Source: Octopus bimaculoides (lineage: Eukaryota). From it: a DNA stretch of 64,000 nt. Every line of letters starts with the position of its first letter. The first letter of the stretch is position 1. Below the pieces are notes generated by a model. That model was not told where the DNA came from. It saw nothing but the letters and a program-made list of their open reading frames with translations, and did no database searches. The stretch spans positions 23,706,150 through 23,770,149 of the forward strand of contig NC_068987.1 in NCBI RefSeq assembly GCF_001194135.2, read 5' to 3'. Below, piece after piece: positions 13,073-25,535 of this stretch. The translations under genes were made by a program, and so were the position numbers.

Positions 13073-13570
13073 ATCTTCATCATCGTTTAACATCTGCTTT
13101 CCATGCTAGCATGGGTTGGACGATTTGATTGAGGACTGTCAAGCCAGAAGGCTGCACCAGGCTCCAATCTGATCTGGGAGAGTTTCTACAGCTGGATGCC
13201 CTTCCTAAAGCCAACCACTCCGAGAGTGTAGTGGGTGCTTTTACGTGCCACCGGCACGAGGGCCACTCACGCGGTACTGGCAACGGCCACCCTCAAAAAG
13301 GTGTTTTTTATGTGCCACCTGCATGGGAGCCAGTCCAGCGGCACTGGCAACGAACTCACTCGAATGATTTTCTAATGTACCACCAGCACAAGTGCTAGAA
13401 GGCAACGCTGGTAATGATTACACTCAAATGGTGCTATTTACGAGCCACTAGCACGGAAACCAGACAGCTGCTCTGGCAATGAACATACTTGACAGTGCTA
13501 TTAGTGCTCCACTAGCACGGTGCCAGTCATCAAGTATGGTTCAATTATGATTTCACTTGCCCCAACAGGT
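13073..13570 (-). mobile_element. RTE 3' UTR/tail with internal ~65-bp modules
   Basis: (cat)n tail, shared UTR core, repeated ggcactggcaacg...gtgccacc units. Confidence 0.85.
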
Positions 13571-13596
13571 CTTCGCAAGTAGATATATAATTATAT

Positions 13597-13687
<91 letters not shown>

Positions 13688-13733
13688 TATAACACACACA
13701 AATATATACACATACACACACACACACACATAT

Positions 13734-13770
<37 letters not shown>

Positions 13771-14129
13771 TGACTGTGTCCATGTTATTTGTGAACCCCA
13801 GCATGTTTTTTTTTTCTTTTAAGACCTAATATATCAGCTATAAGAGCTAATAGATTATCTGTAAGGCTTCATATACCATCTGTGATTCCCATTGTTTCCT
13901 ATATATTTTCTCTCCCTCTCTCAATTACAGGTAATTAATCCCCATCACTCTTTGTCGAGTGTATTATTTTCAATTCCTATTCTACGTCTATATTATTTGA
14001 ACAATATTTCCTACATACATTCTAGATATTCCAAAATACCTTCTGTTTGCTGTAATCAATACCTTTGTTGTCTAGACACCTTCTTTACTAACTTTCACTG
14101 GGTCTTTCTTGTATACTAACATTGTTTAG

Positions 14130-14510
14130 TCAATGAATTAAACTCAAATATTCTATGTTTATCTGTCCTTATTTTAAGCCATCTGACATCTTACAAATTT
14201 CATCTTACAAATAACTTCATACAAACATTATAAAATACTTCATAGTGTCTGCTATTTTGTTCAGGAAGAAAATTCTTTCTCTCAACAAATAACCATGTCT
14301 GTGATCTTCATATTTTCCTCTTGTTTTTTGCACTACCTTCTACATTTTTACTTGCAACACAAATATTTCTGAACTACAGACCTTATTTTCTTAATTTCTA
14401 TATTCCCTTCATGGGCTTGATAATTATCACTACACCTGTATCTATCTGATGTCTCTAAATTTCTGATTCCCTGTCACTACACAAGACATCCCACTTCACC
14501 TTTCCACGGC
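14130..14510 (-). mobile_element. Possible decayed LINE APE endonuclease
   Basis: Minus-strand KVKWDVLC and TGVVIIIK resemble APE motifs; many stops. Confidence 0.35.
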
Positions 14511-14719
14511 TAACTTAATACTATGTACCAAATAAACAGCATTAAGATAATAGTGCAGAACCAATTTAGAAAATGAGGTGCTGAGCTAAGGCTGTATAAC
14601 AACAAACAAGGGGAAGGTTCTTTGAAATAATGATTGTTTTAAACTAATTTGGATTAATTTGTTAATGCTAATTGATATCAATTAGATTAATTAAGTTAAC
14701 TACAGGTTATAAGATCATC

Positions 14720-15190
14720 AAAAAAGGTCAAAGGTGTCTAAACAGCATTCCGTAAGACCCTTATCAACCATTCTCTGGTTAATATAAGCTTTATATCGTA
14801 CATAAACACTTAGAGTTTGCACCTCTAGTCTGGAACCCCCATCTTCTCCAAAATATTGATCTATTGGAAGCTGTTCAGAGATGATGAATACTCTCTATCA
14901 GTCACTTACCATATCTTGAATATATTGCTTCTCTGGGTATTGACACACTAAAGCCTTAATGTCTCACATCAGACATAGTAGAAGCCCACAAAATTATTCC
15001 ACCAACTTTCCAATGACAACTTTAGCCACTTTCATGAATTCAATACCTCTACCATTCATGGACATGTTTATAAAATAAAAAAAAAGACAGTGCAACACCC
15101 ATGACACTTGGAATCATTTTTCCACACTCAGAATTATCAAAGTATGGAATAGACTACCTGCATCAGTTGTTAGCTATCAGGGTACAGCAT
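14720..15190 (+). mobile_element. CR1/L2-type LINE 3' ORF fragment
   Basis: HLEFAPLVWNPHLLQNIDLLEAVQR matches the LEY..VW.P......LE.VQR motif. Confidence 0.75.
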
Positions 15191-15451
15191 CCTTCATTAA
15201 TTTCATGTTTCCTGTAATTTGCCAACACTACCCATGACATGCGTCCTTTCCTCTTTAAGGTCCTTTTGTGTACTGTGCATGTACTTTTGGCTATCATTGC
15301 TGTCTTTCATCACTTAACTTAGTGCTACTTTTTGTACCCTTTTCTGTTTAACGGTAGTGCACCTGAGAATAGTATACTGTAGGCTCATTAATATTATTAG
15401 TAGTAGTATAATAAAACTAATTGTTAAAAAAACTTCTAAGCTTTTGAAGCA

Positions 15452-15602
15452 TGGCTGTGTGGTAAGAAGCTTGCTCCCCAGTCACATGATTCCAGGTTCA
15501 GCCCCATTGTGTGACATCTGGGAAAGTGTCTTCTACTATAGCCTTGGGCTGACCAAAGCCTTGTGAGCAGATTTGGTAGAAGGAAACTGAAAGAAGCCCA
15601 TC

Positions 15603-15649
<47 letters not shown>

Positions 15650-15810
15650 TGTCTGTGCTTATCCTCACCACCACTTGACAACTAGTGTTGGTGTGTCTAT
15701 GTCTCTGTATCTTAGTGGTTTGACAAAAGAGACCAATAGAATAAGTACCAGTCTTAAGTACTGGGGTCAATTCATTCAACTAAAGAACTCTTCAAGGTAG
15801 TACCAAGATA
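15452..15810 (+). mobile_element. tRNA-derived SINE family C
   Basis: tggctgtgtggtaag A-box-like head, ggttcagccc B-box-like, body ggaaactgaaagaagccc, internal (GT)n. Confidence 0.85.
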
Positions 15811-16080
15811 AAGAAGACTAGGAGACTCTAAGATATAGCCTGTTTAGTTTTCACCTTAAACCACTCCTGGGGTAATAGGATTTTGTACTCTTCACTGATG
15901 ACTATTAATACACTAAACTTTATTGTGTTAACATTTCATCTTGTTTGATGCTAGTCCAACCTTGAAACATATTGAAAACATTGTCTGTTGGAGTTGATTC
16001 AACCACTTATTCTACTCTCTAATAAAGTTATAGCATTGTACTTTGTATCATTATTCTTATTAAACAATATATAGGGAAGT

Positions 16081-16330
16081 GGAGGCGCAATGGCCCAGTG
16101 GTTAGGGCAGTGGACTTGCGGTTATAGGATCGCGGTTTCGATTCCCAGACCGGGCGTTGTGAGTGTTTATTGAGCGAAAACACCTAAAGCTCCACGAGTC
16201 TCTGGCAGGGGATGGTGGCGAACCCTGCTGTACTCTTCCACCACAACTTTCTCTCACTCTTACCTCCTATTTCTGTTGTGCCTGTAATTCAAAGGGTCAG
16301 CCTTGTCACACTGTGTCACGCTGAATGGGG
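16081..16330 (+). mobile_element. tRNA-derived SINE family B
   Basis: tggcccagtgg A box, ggtttcgattcc B box, ttgagcgaaaacac central domain; homologous to 18420 and 43191. Confidence 0.85.
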
Positions 16331-16479
16331 TTGCAAAATGGGAAAGGACTCAAAAAGTAGAGTGTACTCATTCCCCATGTCTGAAGGTAAATATCCCTTA
16401 ACACAAAAATGTTCTATTACCTGAAACAGGGTGTAGTATGCAGGTAGCATGTAGTGGTAGACCAAAGAGCAGGCTGCAG

Positions 16480-16680
16480 ATGAAATATTGATTTCAAATG
16501 TTGGCACAAGGCCAGCAACTTTGGGACAGGTGGTCGACTGGTACACCTTTTATTTGATCCTGAAAGGATGAAAAGCAAAGTCAGTCCTGGTAGTATTTGA
16601 ACTCAGAACATGAAGACAAATAAAATGCCCCTAAGCATTTTGTCCTGCATGATAATGAGTCTGTGCTAGCTTGCCACCTA
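16480..16680 (-). mobile_element. SINE family D (degenerate)
   Basis: cctgaaaggatgaaaagcaaagtc...atttgaactcagaac is the reverse complement of 41066-41290. Confidence 0.75.
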
Positions 16681-16796
16681 TGCTGCTGATGATGAAATAT
16701 TAAAATAAGCATGTCTAAAGTGAGAAGTAATTATTGAGATATCTGATACGTAGAGTAGACAGTGGTAATGAATGTAACCACAAGATACTCGATAGT

Positions 16797-17040
16797 TATC
16801 ATCATCATCATCATTTTAACACTCCCTTTTCCATGCTTGCATGGGTTGGACAGAGTTTATTAAAGCATATTCTATGTGGCTGGGTTCCCTTCCTGTCACA
16901 AGCCCTCACCTGCTTCCAAGTAAAGTGATATTTCCCCATAACTAAACGTGTTTCCATAGAATATCGGTAATTAATGACACTTCTCATATGATAGTGACAC
17001 TTAATTGCAACTATCATGCTATGTCAAGACAAAGAGATAC
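16797..17040 (-). mobile_element. RTE-type 3' tail (divergent)
   Basis: (cat)n-tttaac...ttccatgcttgcatgggttggacag. Confidence 0.7.
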
Positions 17041-17224
17041 AAACATATATTCACACACACAAACACGCATACACACACAAACACGCATACACACACAAAC
17101 ACGCATACACACACAAACACGCATACACACACATATACATACATACATATATTTGTATAGTATATATGCGTGTGTATGTTTTTATATATGTCTATATATG
17201 TGTACACACACACACACATATTTA

Positions 17225-17390
17225 TATATAAGCTTTTTCAGTTTCTATCTCCTAAATCTACTTACAAGGCCTTGGTCAGCCTAGGGTTATAGCAAAAGAC
17301 ACTTGCTCAAGCTGCCATGCAGTGGGATTGAACCCACAACTTTGTGGTTGTGAAGCAAACATCTTAACCACACACCCACGCCTGCATCTA
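17225..17390 (-). mobile_element. SINE family C 5' part
   Basis: Reverse complement of the family C head. Confidence 0.7.
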
Positions 17391-18419
17391 TAACTTTATT
17401 ATCCATGTTTAACAAAAATCATTTTGAATAACATTTTTCATGACACTCAAGCAATAATTCAGACTGTTTAATGCCTTCAATTATACTTTTTAAAATTTTT
17501 GGGTGCACATGGATACCACTTGTGGTGCATCATTAGCAAACCACTAGTTTATTCTAACAAGGACTATCTGTCATCCTAGGATGGACGAATGTGTAATACT
17601 TGAACCACTGCAATGAAAGCTGCTGTTTATGGCTCTAAAATGTTCCAGCAGTCAATAACCAATGAAGCCTGAGACTGATATGCAGCACTTCAACATGGTA
17701 CACAATCAAGTGAACCATAAAACAGCTGACCCTCAGAACCACTGGTCTAGGTTTAATAAGGCTGGCATTTGCATGTAGAAAGTTAAGGAGAGACACTGAA
17801 ATCTTTGTTGAGCTTACAGGGGTCTTAAGGCCTGAGCTTATCCTGATTTTCAAGGTATTTAAGCTGACAGTTCAAGACTCCTTCTCTTTAATGGAACATC
17901 ATTTCAGTGCAGGTTTAACCCTTATAAGCCATTGGTACCCATTTTCAGTTGAGGGTACTAGAGTATCGTGAAAAGAAATACCTTGCCCAAGGACACAACA
18001 TACCACCTGATATGAGAATCAAATTTATGACCCATAAGCCTAATCCATAGGCCATGTACCTTCACTAAAGGGGAGTGAAGACTGCTGTTTTCTGTAAAAG
18101 GGTGTTGTGTCATTAAAAGATAAAAAGCGTTGTGAGTGAGTTAAAAGACTGTAAGGGGAATTTAAAAGAAATTTACAAATAGCTTTGGGTGACACCACAT
18201 GGGACTTCATTGGCTAACTCAAGTTACTTTGAAATTTTATTTAGGCAGTGACAGCAATACTTTCATTAGGGGATCCACATAGTAGAGCAGACAAGGATGT
18301 TGGTGTCAGTAAGTTAGTGTTCAGTAGGGTCTGCAGCAACTGTCACCACTTGGCAAGATAACAGTTTTGATGATGTCAAGTTACACATCTGTTTATGAGC
18401 TGAATGTGGATGCATGAGT

Positions 18420-18665
18420 GGAGGCGCGTGGCCTAGCGGTTTTGGTGTCGGCACCATGATCGTAAGATTGTGGTTTCGATTCCTGGACCGGGCGATGCAT
18501 TGTGTTCTTGAGCAAAACACTTCATTTCACGTTGCTCCAGTCCACTCAGCTGGCAAAAATGAGTAACGCTGTGATGGACTGGCATCCTGTCCAGTTGGGG
18601 AACACATCCGCCATTGAAACCGGGAAACCGGGCCCATGAGCCTAGCTAGGCTTTAAAAGGGTGCA
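18420..18665 (+). mobile_element. tRNA-derived SINE family B
   Basis: tggcctagcgg A box, ggtttcgattcc B box, ttgagcaaaacacttcatttcacgttgctccag domain. Confidence 0.85.
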
Positions 18666-19309
18666 TTTATTTATTTTTATGGATGTATGATACAAATATA
18701 GCTGGGTGGTTGTAGACCACAGTGATAGCAATGCTGGAGAGGAAATAATCTCATTGCAGGGAAAAAGAGATCATATACCCCGGCAATATATTTAGCGATA
18801 GAAAATAAGGATTGAAGAAATCAATGTGAATACCTCAGTCATCACTCCACGCAAAGAAACTTGGTTAACAGTTATAAATATAGAAATGCATATAGGTTAA
18901 ATATACCAGGTGATCCATACAAACTGTAAATCCAAGATTATATGCAGTAATCATAGATATAATAGCAACCAGACAATGAATGATGACTATGTTGTTATAT
19001 ACTGTAACTTTAGTTAATGTTACAAACATTTCAACTAGCTAGAAGAACTGTTTCCTCACTATATAGCTACTAACTCTCCTTCTTGTTAAATTATCTATGT
19101 AAAATAACAAGTGTTCCTTTCCTAACTAATTTTTTAATCATTAATCTAATCATCAACTAGTGCGCCAAATTTAATTCGGTTAAATTATATTTAATTTTAT
19201 TTAACCGAATCCATTACCTAATATTTCTTGAATGGATTACAGAGGTGGATATTTAACTTATAATAATAATAATTATTATTATTATTATTAATATTATTAT
19301 TATTATCTT

Positions 19310-19770
19310 TTCTACTAAAGGTACAAGGCCTGAAATTTGTGGGAAGGGGACTAGTCAATAACATTGATCCAAGTGTTTCACTGGTACTTAATTTGTCGAC
19401 CCCGAAAGGAGGAAAGGCCAAGTCAACCTTGGTGGAATTTGAACTCAGAAAGTAGCAGTAGACTGTTAAGCATTTTGCCCAGCATGCTAATGATTCTTCC
19501 TAGCATGGAAAGCGGACGTTAAACGATGATGATGATGATGATGATGAATAGTAATAATAATAATAGTTTCAAATTTTGCGACAAGGGCAGCAATTTTGGT
19601 GGAGGAGATGAGCCGATTACATCGACTCCATCAACTGGTACTTATTTTATCGACCCTGAAAGGATGAAAGGCAAAGCCAACCTTGGCAGAATTTGAATTC
19701 AGAACATAGCGATGGGCGAAATACCACTAAGCATTTCATCCAGCCTGCTAACGATTCTGCCAGCTTGCCA
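19310..19770 (-). mobile_element. Two SINE family D copies (19310-19500, 19570-19770) separated by a + strand RTE tail
   Basis: gaccccgaaagga..aaaggc..aaccttgg.ggaatttgaactcag occurs twice; gcatggaaagcggacgttaaacgatgatg at ~19500-19547. Confidence 0.85.
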
Positions 19771-20109
19771 TCTTCAATAATTAAGAAAAAATAATAATAA
19801 TAATAATAATAATTTTTCCATATTCCTTTCTCACTGACTAGCATGCTCTTAAACTCAATGACACCTTGACTTCTTAAGACTGTGAATTTGTAAAGTATAT
19901 AATAAATCAAAGAAGGTAATTTGAAATATCAGTTATCTACAGTCCCTATCTATAACACAATACATCCCACTTTCACAAATATGCTTGCTAGAAACTCTGA
20001 AAATCTGCCATAATCACAAGTGTACAAGTGCCAACCTTGTACAAGTATCAAGAGTACTCAACCTTGGGAATTTACATTTACGCAGGTGGCCAAGAAAGGA
20101 ATTAGAAGA

Positions 20110-20161
<52 letters not shown>

Positions 20162-20229
20162 AATGACATCAGAAGGATCAGGATGACTAGGTGGAAGAAA
20201 AAAAGCAGAAGTATGATGTAAGCAGCAAG

Positions 20230-20700
20230 GTTACTTACAATTGAGTTGGGTAAGGAGTGATTGACAACAGCAGAAATAAACAAAAGATGAGGAGGTGGGG
20301 TGATAAGATAAAACATAGGTTATGGGCATCAATAGAAGTGACCCTAACTAGGGGAGAATGTGATAGTTGGTAATAGAAAAGGGCAAACAGAGTAAGAGAG
20401 ATACACAATAGAGACGTTTTAGCCGCATGAGGACGGGTCAACACAATCTCTTCTACATCAGGAGTTCCTGATAAGTAGGCCTTGAGAAAGGTGAGCAAGT
20501 CAGAGGGATAAGGTGGTCCATTGCAGACGCTTATACATAGGTCCAGTGGAGGAATAAAAGTGGGTTGATGGGTGGTGGGTTTTAAGCAATAGAGTATTAG
20601 GGGTGTTCAAAGGATTCAAATGTTGTAAGATGATAGGGGCAGTAAGACATGCTGTTCAATTGGCAGAATAAAAGTTATCTCAACTTCTCATACATACCCC
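20230..20700 (-). mobile_element. Possible L2/CR1-type LINE 3' remnant
   Basis: SLTLFALFYYQL resembles the SLxLFY.YY motif; heavily decayed. Confidence 0.35.
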
Positions 20701-20836
20701 CATGTCAAAGCATGTTTCACCACAGTGGTTGGGTCTATTGCAGCAGCATGTATTGGTTTCAAATTTTGGTACAAGGCCAGCAATTTTGGGGGAGGGATTA
20801 AGTCAATTGCTTCGACCCCCAGTGCTCAACTAGTAC

Positions 20837-21230
20837 TTATTTTTTTGACCACTTCATCCAAAATCTTTCTTCGTTTCTCTTTTCCACGGGTTCATTAACT
20901 TGAATTTCACAGCATTTATTTATGCAGTTGTCATCCTCTATGTGCATCCCATGCCATAACCAGTGCCGACTTTTCTTTTGTGCAGAACATCTGATTCTTC
21001 TAACACCTAGTTTTTCTACCAACTTCTTTGTTGTTAAATATTCATGCAAACTAACATTACTTATCCATTAGAGCGAGTTTGCTTCATTCCTTATAGCCTT
21101 TGCAAGTCTTCTGCATTCAAGACCTGCATTTCACTACCATGCAGCACTACTATGCTCACATAAGCACCATACATTCTACTCTTCAGTCAGAGGGAGAAAA
21201 CCTTTGTTGCCTACAGAGGTAATAGATACC
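20837..21230 (-). mobile_element. RTE C-terminal fragment
   Basis: EKLGVRRIRC..WLWHGMHIEDDNCINKC. Confidence 0.75.
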
Positions 21231-21399
21231 TGAATATTTTACAGACCACTCTTATCATTATAACCCATGCTAGCATGGAAAGCGGACGTTAAACAATGAT
21301 GATATTCTCTTTTGTCGAGGCACAATGGCCCAGTGGTTAGGGCAGCGGACTCGCAGTCACTTCTGTTATTTATAGCAGTGCTTGGAAGGAACGTGTGTA

Positions 21400-22112
21400 C
21401 TATGTGATCATCGCATTGACTATTACAGAGAAGGTTGAGCAGACAATCTGCATCAAATTTTGCCAAAAGCTTGGCAATACCAACTCAGAGGCCTACAAAA
21501 GGTTTTCAAAAAGTTTTCATCCTTCTCAACACAATCAAGGAGATCTTGTGCAACTGAAACCGGAGTGTCTTTTTGATCAGCTGAAAGCAATTTTGGCACA
21601 AACTTGGCAGACATGCGTCTCATACCCAATTCTTCAGTGATAATGGACTGAACTGAACATTAACTAATCTGCACATCCTCTAATAACTCACAGATGGTGA
21701 TTCAATGATTTCTCCTTGCAGCTGCATGTACATCTAAAATGTTTTTCTCAGTTCTGCTGGTTGCGGGTCTCCCAGAATCTTTGTCCCTATCGACGTTTTT
21801 TTGGCCATTTTGGAAATGTCTGAACCACTCGTACATTTGTGTGTGACTCACACACTCTTCTCCATACACTTTCTGCAACTTTGCATAGGCCTGTGAGCAG
21901 GTATCGCCATGACAACTTTCTCTGTCATGGTCAATGTGACAATTGCACGCTACACATGTTTCTACCAAGCATTGATGTAAACAGCAGAAGTGAGTAAAAC
22001 ATTAAAACATAGTGCACAGAGTACAAGATCAATCTGTGTCAAGCAGCTTTACTCTGCATGCTTTAGCTTTGTTACAATGGCAACAGTCTGGATACTTATT
22101 GATCAGACCTCG
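21400..22112 (-). mobile_element. Mariner transposase remnants (minus copy with TIR plus a short plus-strand piece)
   Basis: AYAKLQKVYGEECVSHTQMYEWFRHFQNG..SGRPATS HTH; TIR TA|CGAGGTCTGATCAATAAGTATCC at 22089-22114; + piece EKVEQTICIKFCQKLG at ~21420-21500. Confidence 0.85.
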
Positions 22113-22159
22113 TAAGTATATATATATTCATAGCACAACTGATCCATGACAGAGTAGAT

Positions 22160-22400
22160 CTAGATGAGATTATTTTGGCATTGTGCTCAGAATAAGTACC
22201 ATGGATGTAATCTTAGTAAGACAAGAGAAATACTTGCCTCGGAGTAAGCCACAATTCCAGGCATTTGTTGACTTAGAGAAGGCATTCATAGGGTACCACA
22301 TTCAGTAACTTGGTGCTCACTAAGAAAGCTAGTTACAGTCAAATGGCTTGTGAGGGATGTACAAGCTAAGTACACAAATGCAGTATATAAAGTAGGAGTC
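22160..22400 (+). mobile_element. RTE RT fragment
   Basis: AFVDLEKAF, RVPHSV.WCSLRKL. Confidence 0.75.
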
Positions 22401-23130
22401 AACAATTGCACTTTCATTTATCTCCTACTCTCCAACCCATTTGTATCATTGATAACCCTCCATGCCTTTTCCATCATTCACTACATCCACCCCTTAACCC
22501 TACCCAATCTCTGCAGTTGTCACCTACTCTTCCCTGCCTTCATTACTCGTCATCCCTCAACATTTATTCTTCATTTATTATATTCACTCCCTCACCCATT
22601 CCACATTTTTAACCACCTCTCACTCTCTAATACTCTCTTACAACTTCCACCCAGCCCTGTTCTACTGTCCCCACTCACATCTACTCATCTTATACTTTGA
22701 GGATTGACCTTGACACCACATCACCACTACTTTTATCTCTTTCCTGTTCCACACCTGTTACATCCACCCTCCCTTCTATATTGTGAGTGGCCGTGTAGCT
22801 CCTCTACAGCAACAAAACCTGTTCTGCTCCTTTCTCTTACATTTTAACTTTTCATCTCCTAGCATAAAACTGCTTCCTTCTTTACCACACCACTTCTCAG
22901 TTGAAAGGTATCTTACTCTTGCCAGTTGCATGGTGATTTCATGAGTAATGGTGCCATTAAAAAGGCACCTAATACATGCTGAAAAGTGACTGACATTACA
23001 TTAAGAAGGGAACCCAGTCATAAAAACTGTGCCAAAACACACATTGGAGTATGATGCAGTTCACAAACCTATCAAGTCTTGACAAACCATCCAACACATG
23101 CTAGCATGGAACATGGACAAGACGATATAT
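22400..23130 (+). mobile_element. Pyrimidine-rich repeat ending in an RTE-type tail
   Basis: CT-rich body, motif ctcctctacagcaac at 22799-22813, then ccaacacatgctagcatggaa tail. Confidence 0.55.
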
Positions 23131-23711
23131 TAGCTCAAATTTAGTGACAATTGAATTTTCCCTTTTTGTTTTATATCGCATGTAGCTGCCTATGTTCTTT
23201 TGTAATTTTTACATCAGTGTTTTCTAACTCAGCCATAGATTTATATGGTAAATATATATATACTGACAATCTGAATTTAGCCAAACCTTTCAGTGATGGA
23301 GTAGTCACCGTTGATGAGTCTGCAATTTTACAAATAAAACTCGCTAGTCTATTGATCTAGCCTTGCTTATGGGGTGGTTATCTCCCCTGTCAGTATATGA
23401 AAATGTGCTTCCTTGCAGTTCTAAGGGTTTTAACTCTTATTTCTAGCAATATTAGTGCTACCCAGCATCTTCAGTCACATTTAGTGGCAATTGAATCTTA
23501 TTTAGCTGTCTATATTTTATATACATATATATACATATATATATCATAAGTTGTTCATATATTCTCTATCTGAAAAAGAAGCACACTCTAAAGCATTAGA
23601 GCAGTAATGTGTATCTTTTAGGAAGCTTTGATTCTGTGTTGCCTATACTACTAAACACTTTATAAGTCACTCCAGGGCCGGTCATAACTTTTAACTTCCT
23701 AAAAATATGTA

Positions 23712-23868
23712 GGAGTGGCTGTGTGGTAAGTAGCTTGCTTATGAACCACATAGTTCTGGGTTCAGTCCCACTGCATGGCACCTTGGGCAAGTGTCTTCAA
23801 CTATAGCCCCGGGCCAACCAAAGCCTTGTGAGTAGATTTGGTAGACGGAAACTGAAAGAAGCCCATCG

Positions 23869-23899
<31 letters not shown>

Positions 23900-24290
23900 N
23901 NNNNNNNNNNNNNNNNNNNNNNNNNNNNNNNNNNNNNNNNNNNNNNNNNNNNNNNNNNNNNNNNNNNNNNNNNNNNNNNNNNNNNNNNNNNNNNNNNNNN
24001 NNNNNNNNNNNNNNNNNNNNNNNNNNNNNNNNNNNNNNNNNNNNNATATATGTATGTATGTGTGTGTGGATATGTTTGCGCGTCTGTGTTTGTCCCCCAC
24101 AACATCACTTGACAACCGATGCTGGTGTGTTTACGTCCCCGTAACTTAGCGGTTCAGCAAAAGAGAACGATAGAATAAGTACTAGGCTTACAAAGAATAA
24201 GTCCTGGGGTCGATTTACTCAACTAAAAAGGCGGTGCTCCAGCATGTCCACAGTCAAATGACTGAAACAAGTAAAAGAGTAAAAGAGTAA
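23712..24290 (+). mobile_element. SINE family C, near full length (internal gap)
   Basis: Complete head, body and (gagtaaaa)n-like tail. Confidence 0.9.
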
Positions 24291-24359
24291 AGAGTATATA
24301 TGAGTGAGTGGACAAATGAAAGAAGGGCACTCAACAAATTTATTGGGAGTTACATGTCT

Positions 24360-25046
24360 GGATCAAAACAGTTTGATTCAAATTCGTTGGTACTGTTGAG
24401 CATGAACGAATTTGAAGTGTCAGCCATTTTGAATTTGAATGACAGAAGTTTATTGTTATTACCATAAGGTGGGCTGTGATTGGTCAAGAAAAGTCAAGCA
24501 GTGACGTGGTTTGATGTTGGTACACAGGTACATGCATGTGAATATAAACATGTACATATGAATGAATACGCATGTGTGTATGCATGTATGTGTGCATGTG
24601 TATGTTTGTGCGTGTGCATGCATGTGTTCATTTAAGCATATGCGTGCATGTGTGTGTGTGTGTGAGTGCAGACATGTGCATGCATACCCATATACAGATG
24701 CGCACATTCACATCAATACACACATATGAGTGCATCATCTACACACCCACATATAGAACCATATACTTGCACATGCCACCCATTCCTACTTCCACCCCCA
24801 ACAATCTGGCCGATTTTTTAATCGCCACGTGGTATATTTCCTGTTCACCATGTGGTATTTTCCAACTAACTGTTATCCATTTTCCAACATCAAACTACAA
24901 CACCATGTGACCTTTTGTGACCAATTACAGCCCACCTTATGGTAATAACAATCAACTTCTGTCATTCAAATTCAAAATGGCTGATGACTAGCATTATGCT
25001 TGAAACTCAAGAGTACGAACAAATTTGAATCAAACTGTTTTGATCC
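24360..25046. mobile_element. MITE/foldback-like element with ~145-bp inverted arms
   Basis: 24360-24509 is the reverse complement of 24903-25046; outer 25 bp are perfect (GGATCAAAACAGTTTGATTCAAATT). Confidence 0.8.
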
Positions 25047-25047
25047 G

Positions 25048-25091
<44 letters not shown>

Positions 25092-25495
25092 NNNNNNNNN
25101 NNNNNNNNNNNNNNNNNNNNNNNNNNNNNNNNNNNNNNNNNNNNNNNNNNNNNNNNNNNNNNNNNNNNNNNNNNNNNNNNNNNNNNNNNNNNNNNNNNNN
25201 NNNNNNNNNNNNNNNNNNNNNNNNNNNNNNNNNNNNNNNNNNNNNNNNNNNNNNNNNNNNNNNNNNNNNNNNNNNNNNNNNNNNNNNNNNNNNNNNNNNN
25301 NNNNNNNNNNNNNNNNNNNNNNNNNNNNNNNNNNNNNNNNNNNNNNNNNNNNNNNNNNNNNNNNNNNNNNNNNNNNNNNNNNNNNNNNNNNNNNNNNNNN
25401 NNNNNNNNNNNNNNNNNNNNNNNNNNNNNNNNNNNNNNNNNNNNNNNNNNNNNNNNNNNNNNNNNNNNNNNNNNNNNNNNNNNNNNNNNNNNNNN

Positions 25496-25535
<40 letters not shown>

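Noticed and set aside
16081-16160. tRNA-like sequence (also 18420, 21318, 43191)
   Set aside because: A and B boxes are present but there is no complete cloverleaf, and it continues into a SINE body.
3440-17284. HT/CV/YI-rich ORFs
   Set aside because: Translations of (CA)n, (GT)n and (TA)n microsatellites.
23151-23360. Hydrophobic TTG-start ORF as an alternative signal exon
   Set aside because: No ATG or matching donor; T-rich composition explains the hydrophobicity.
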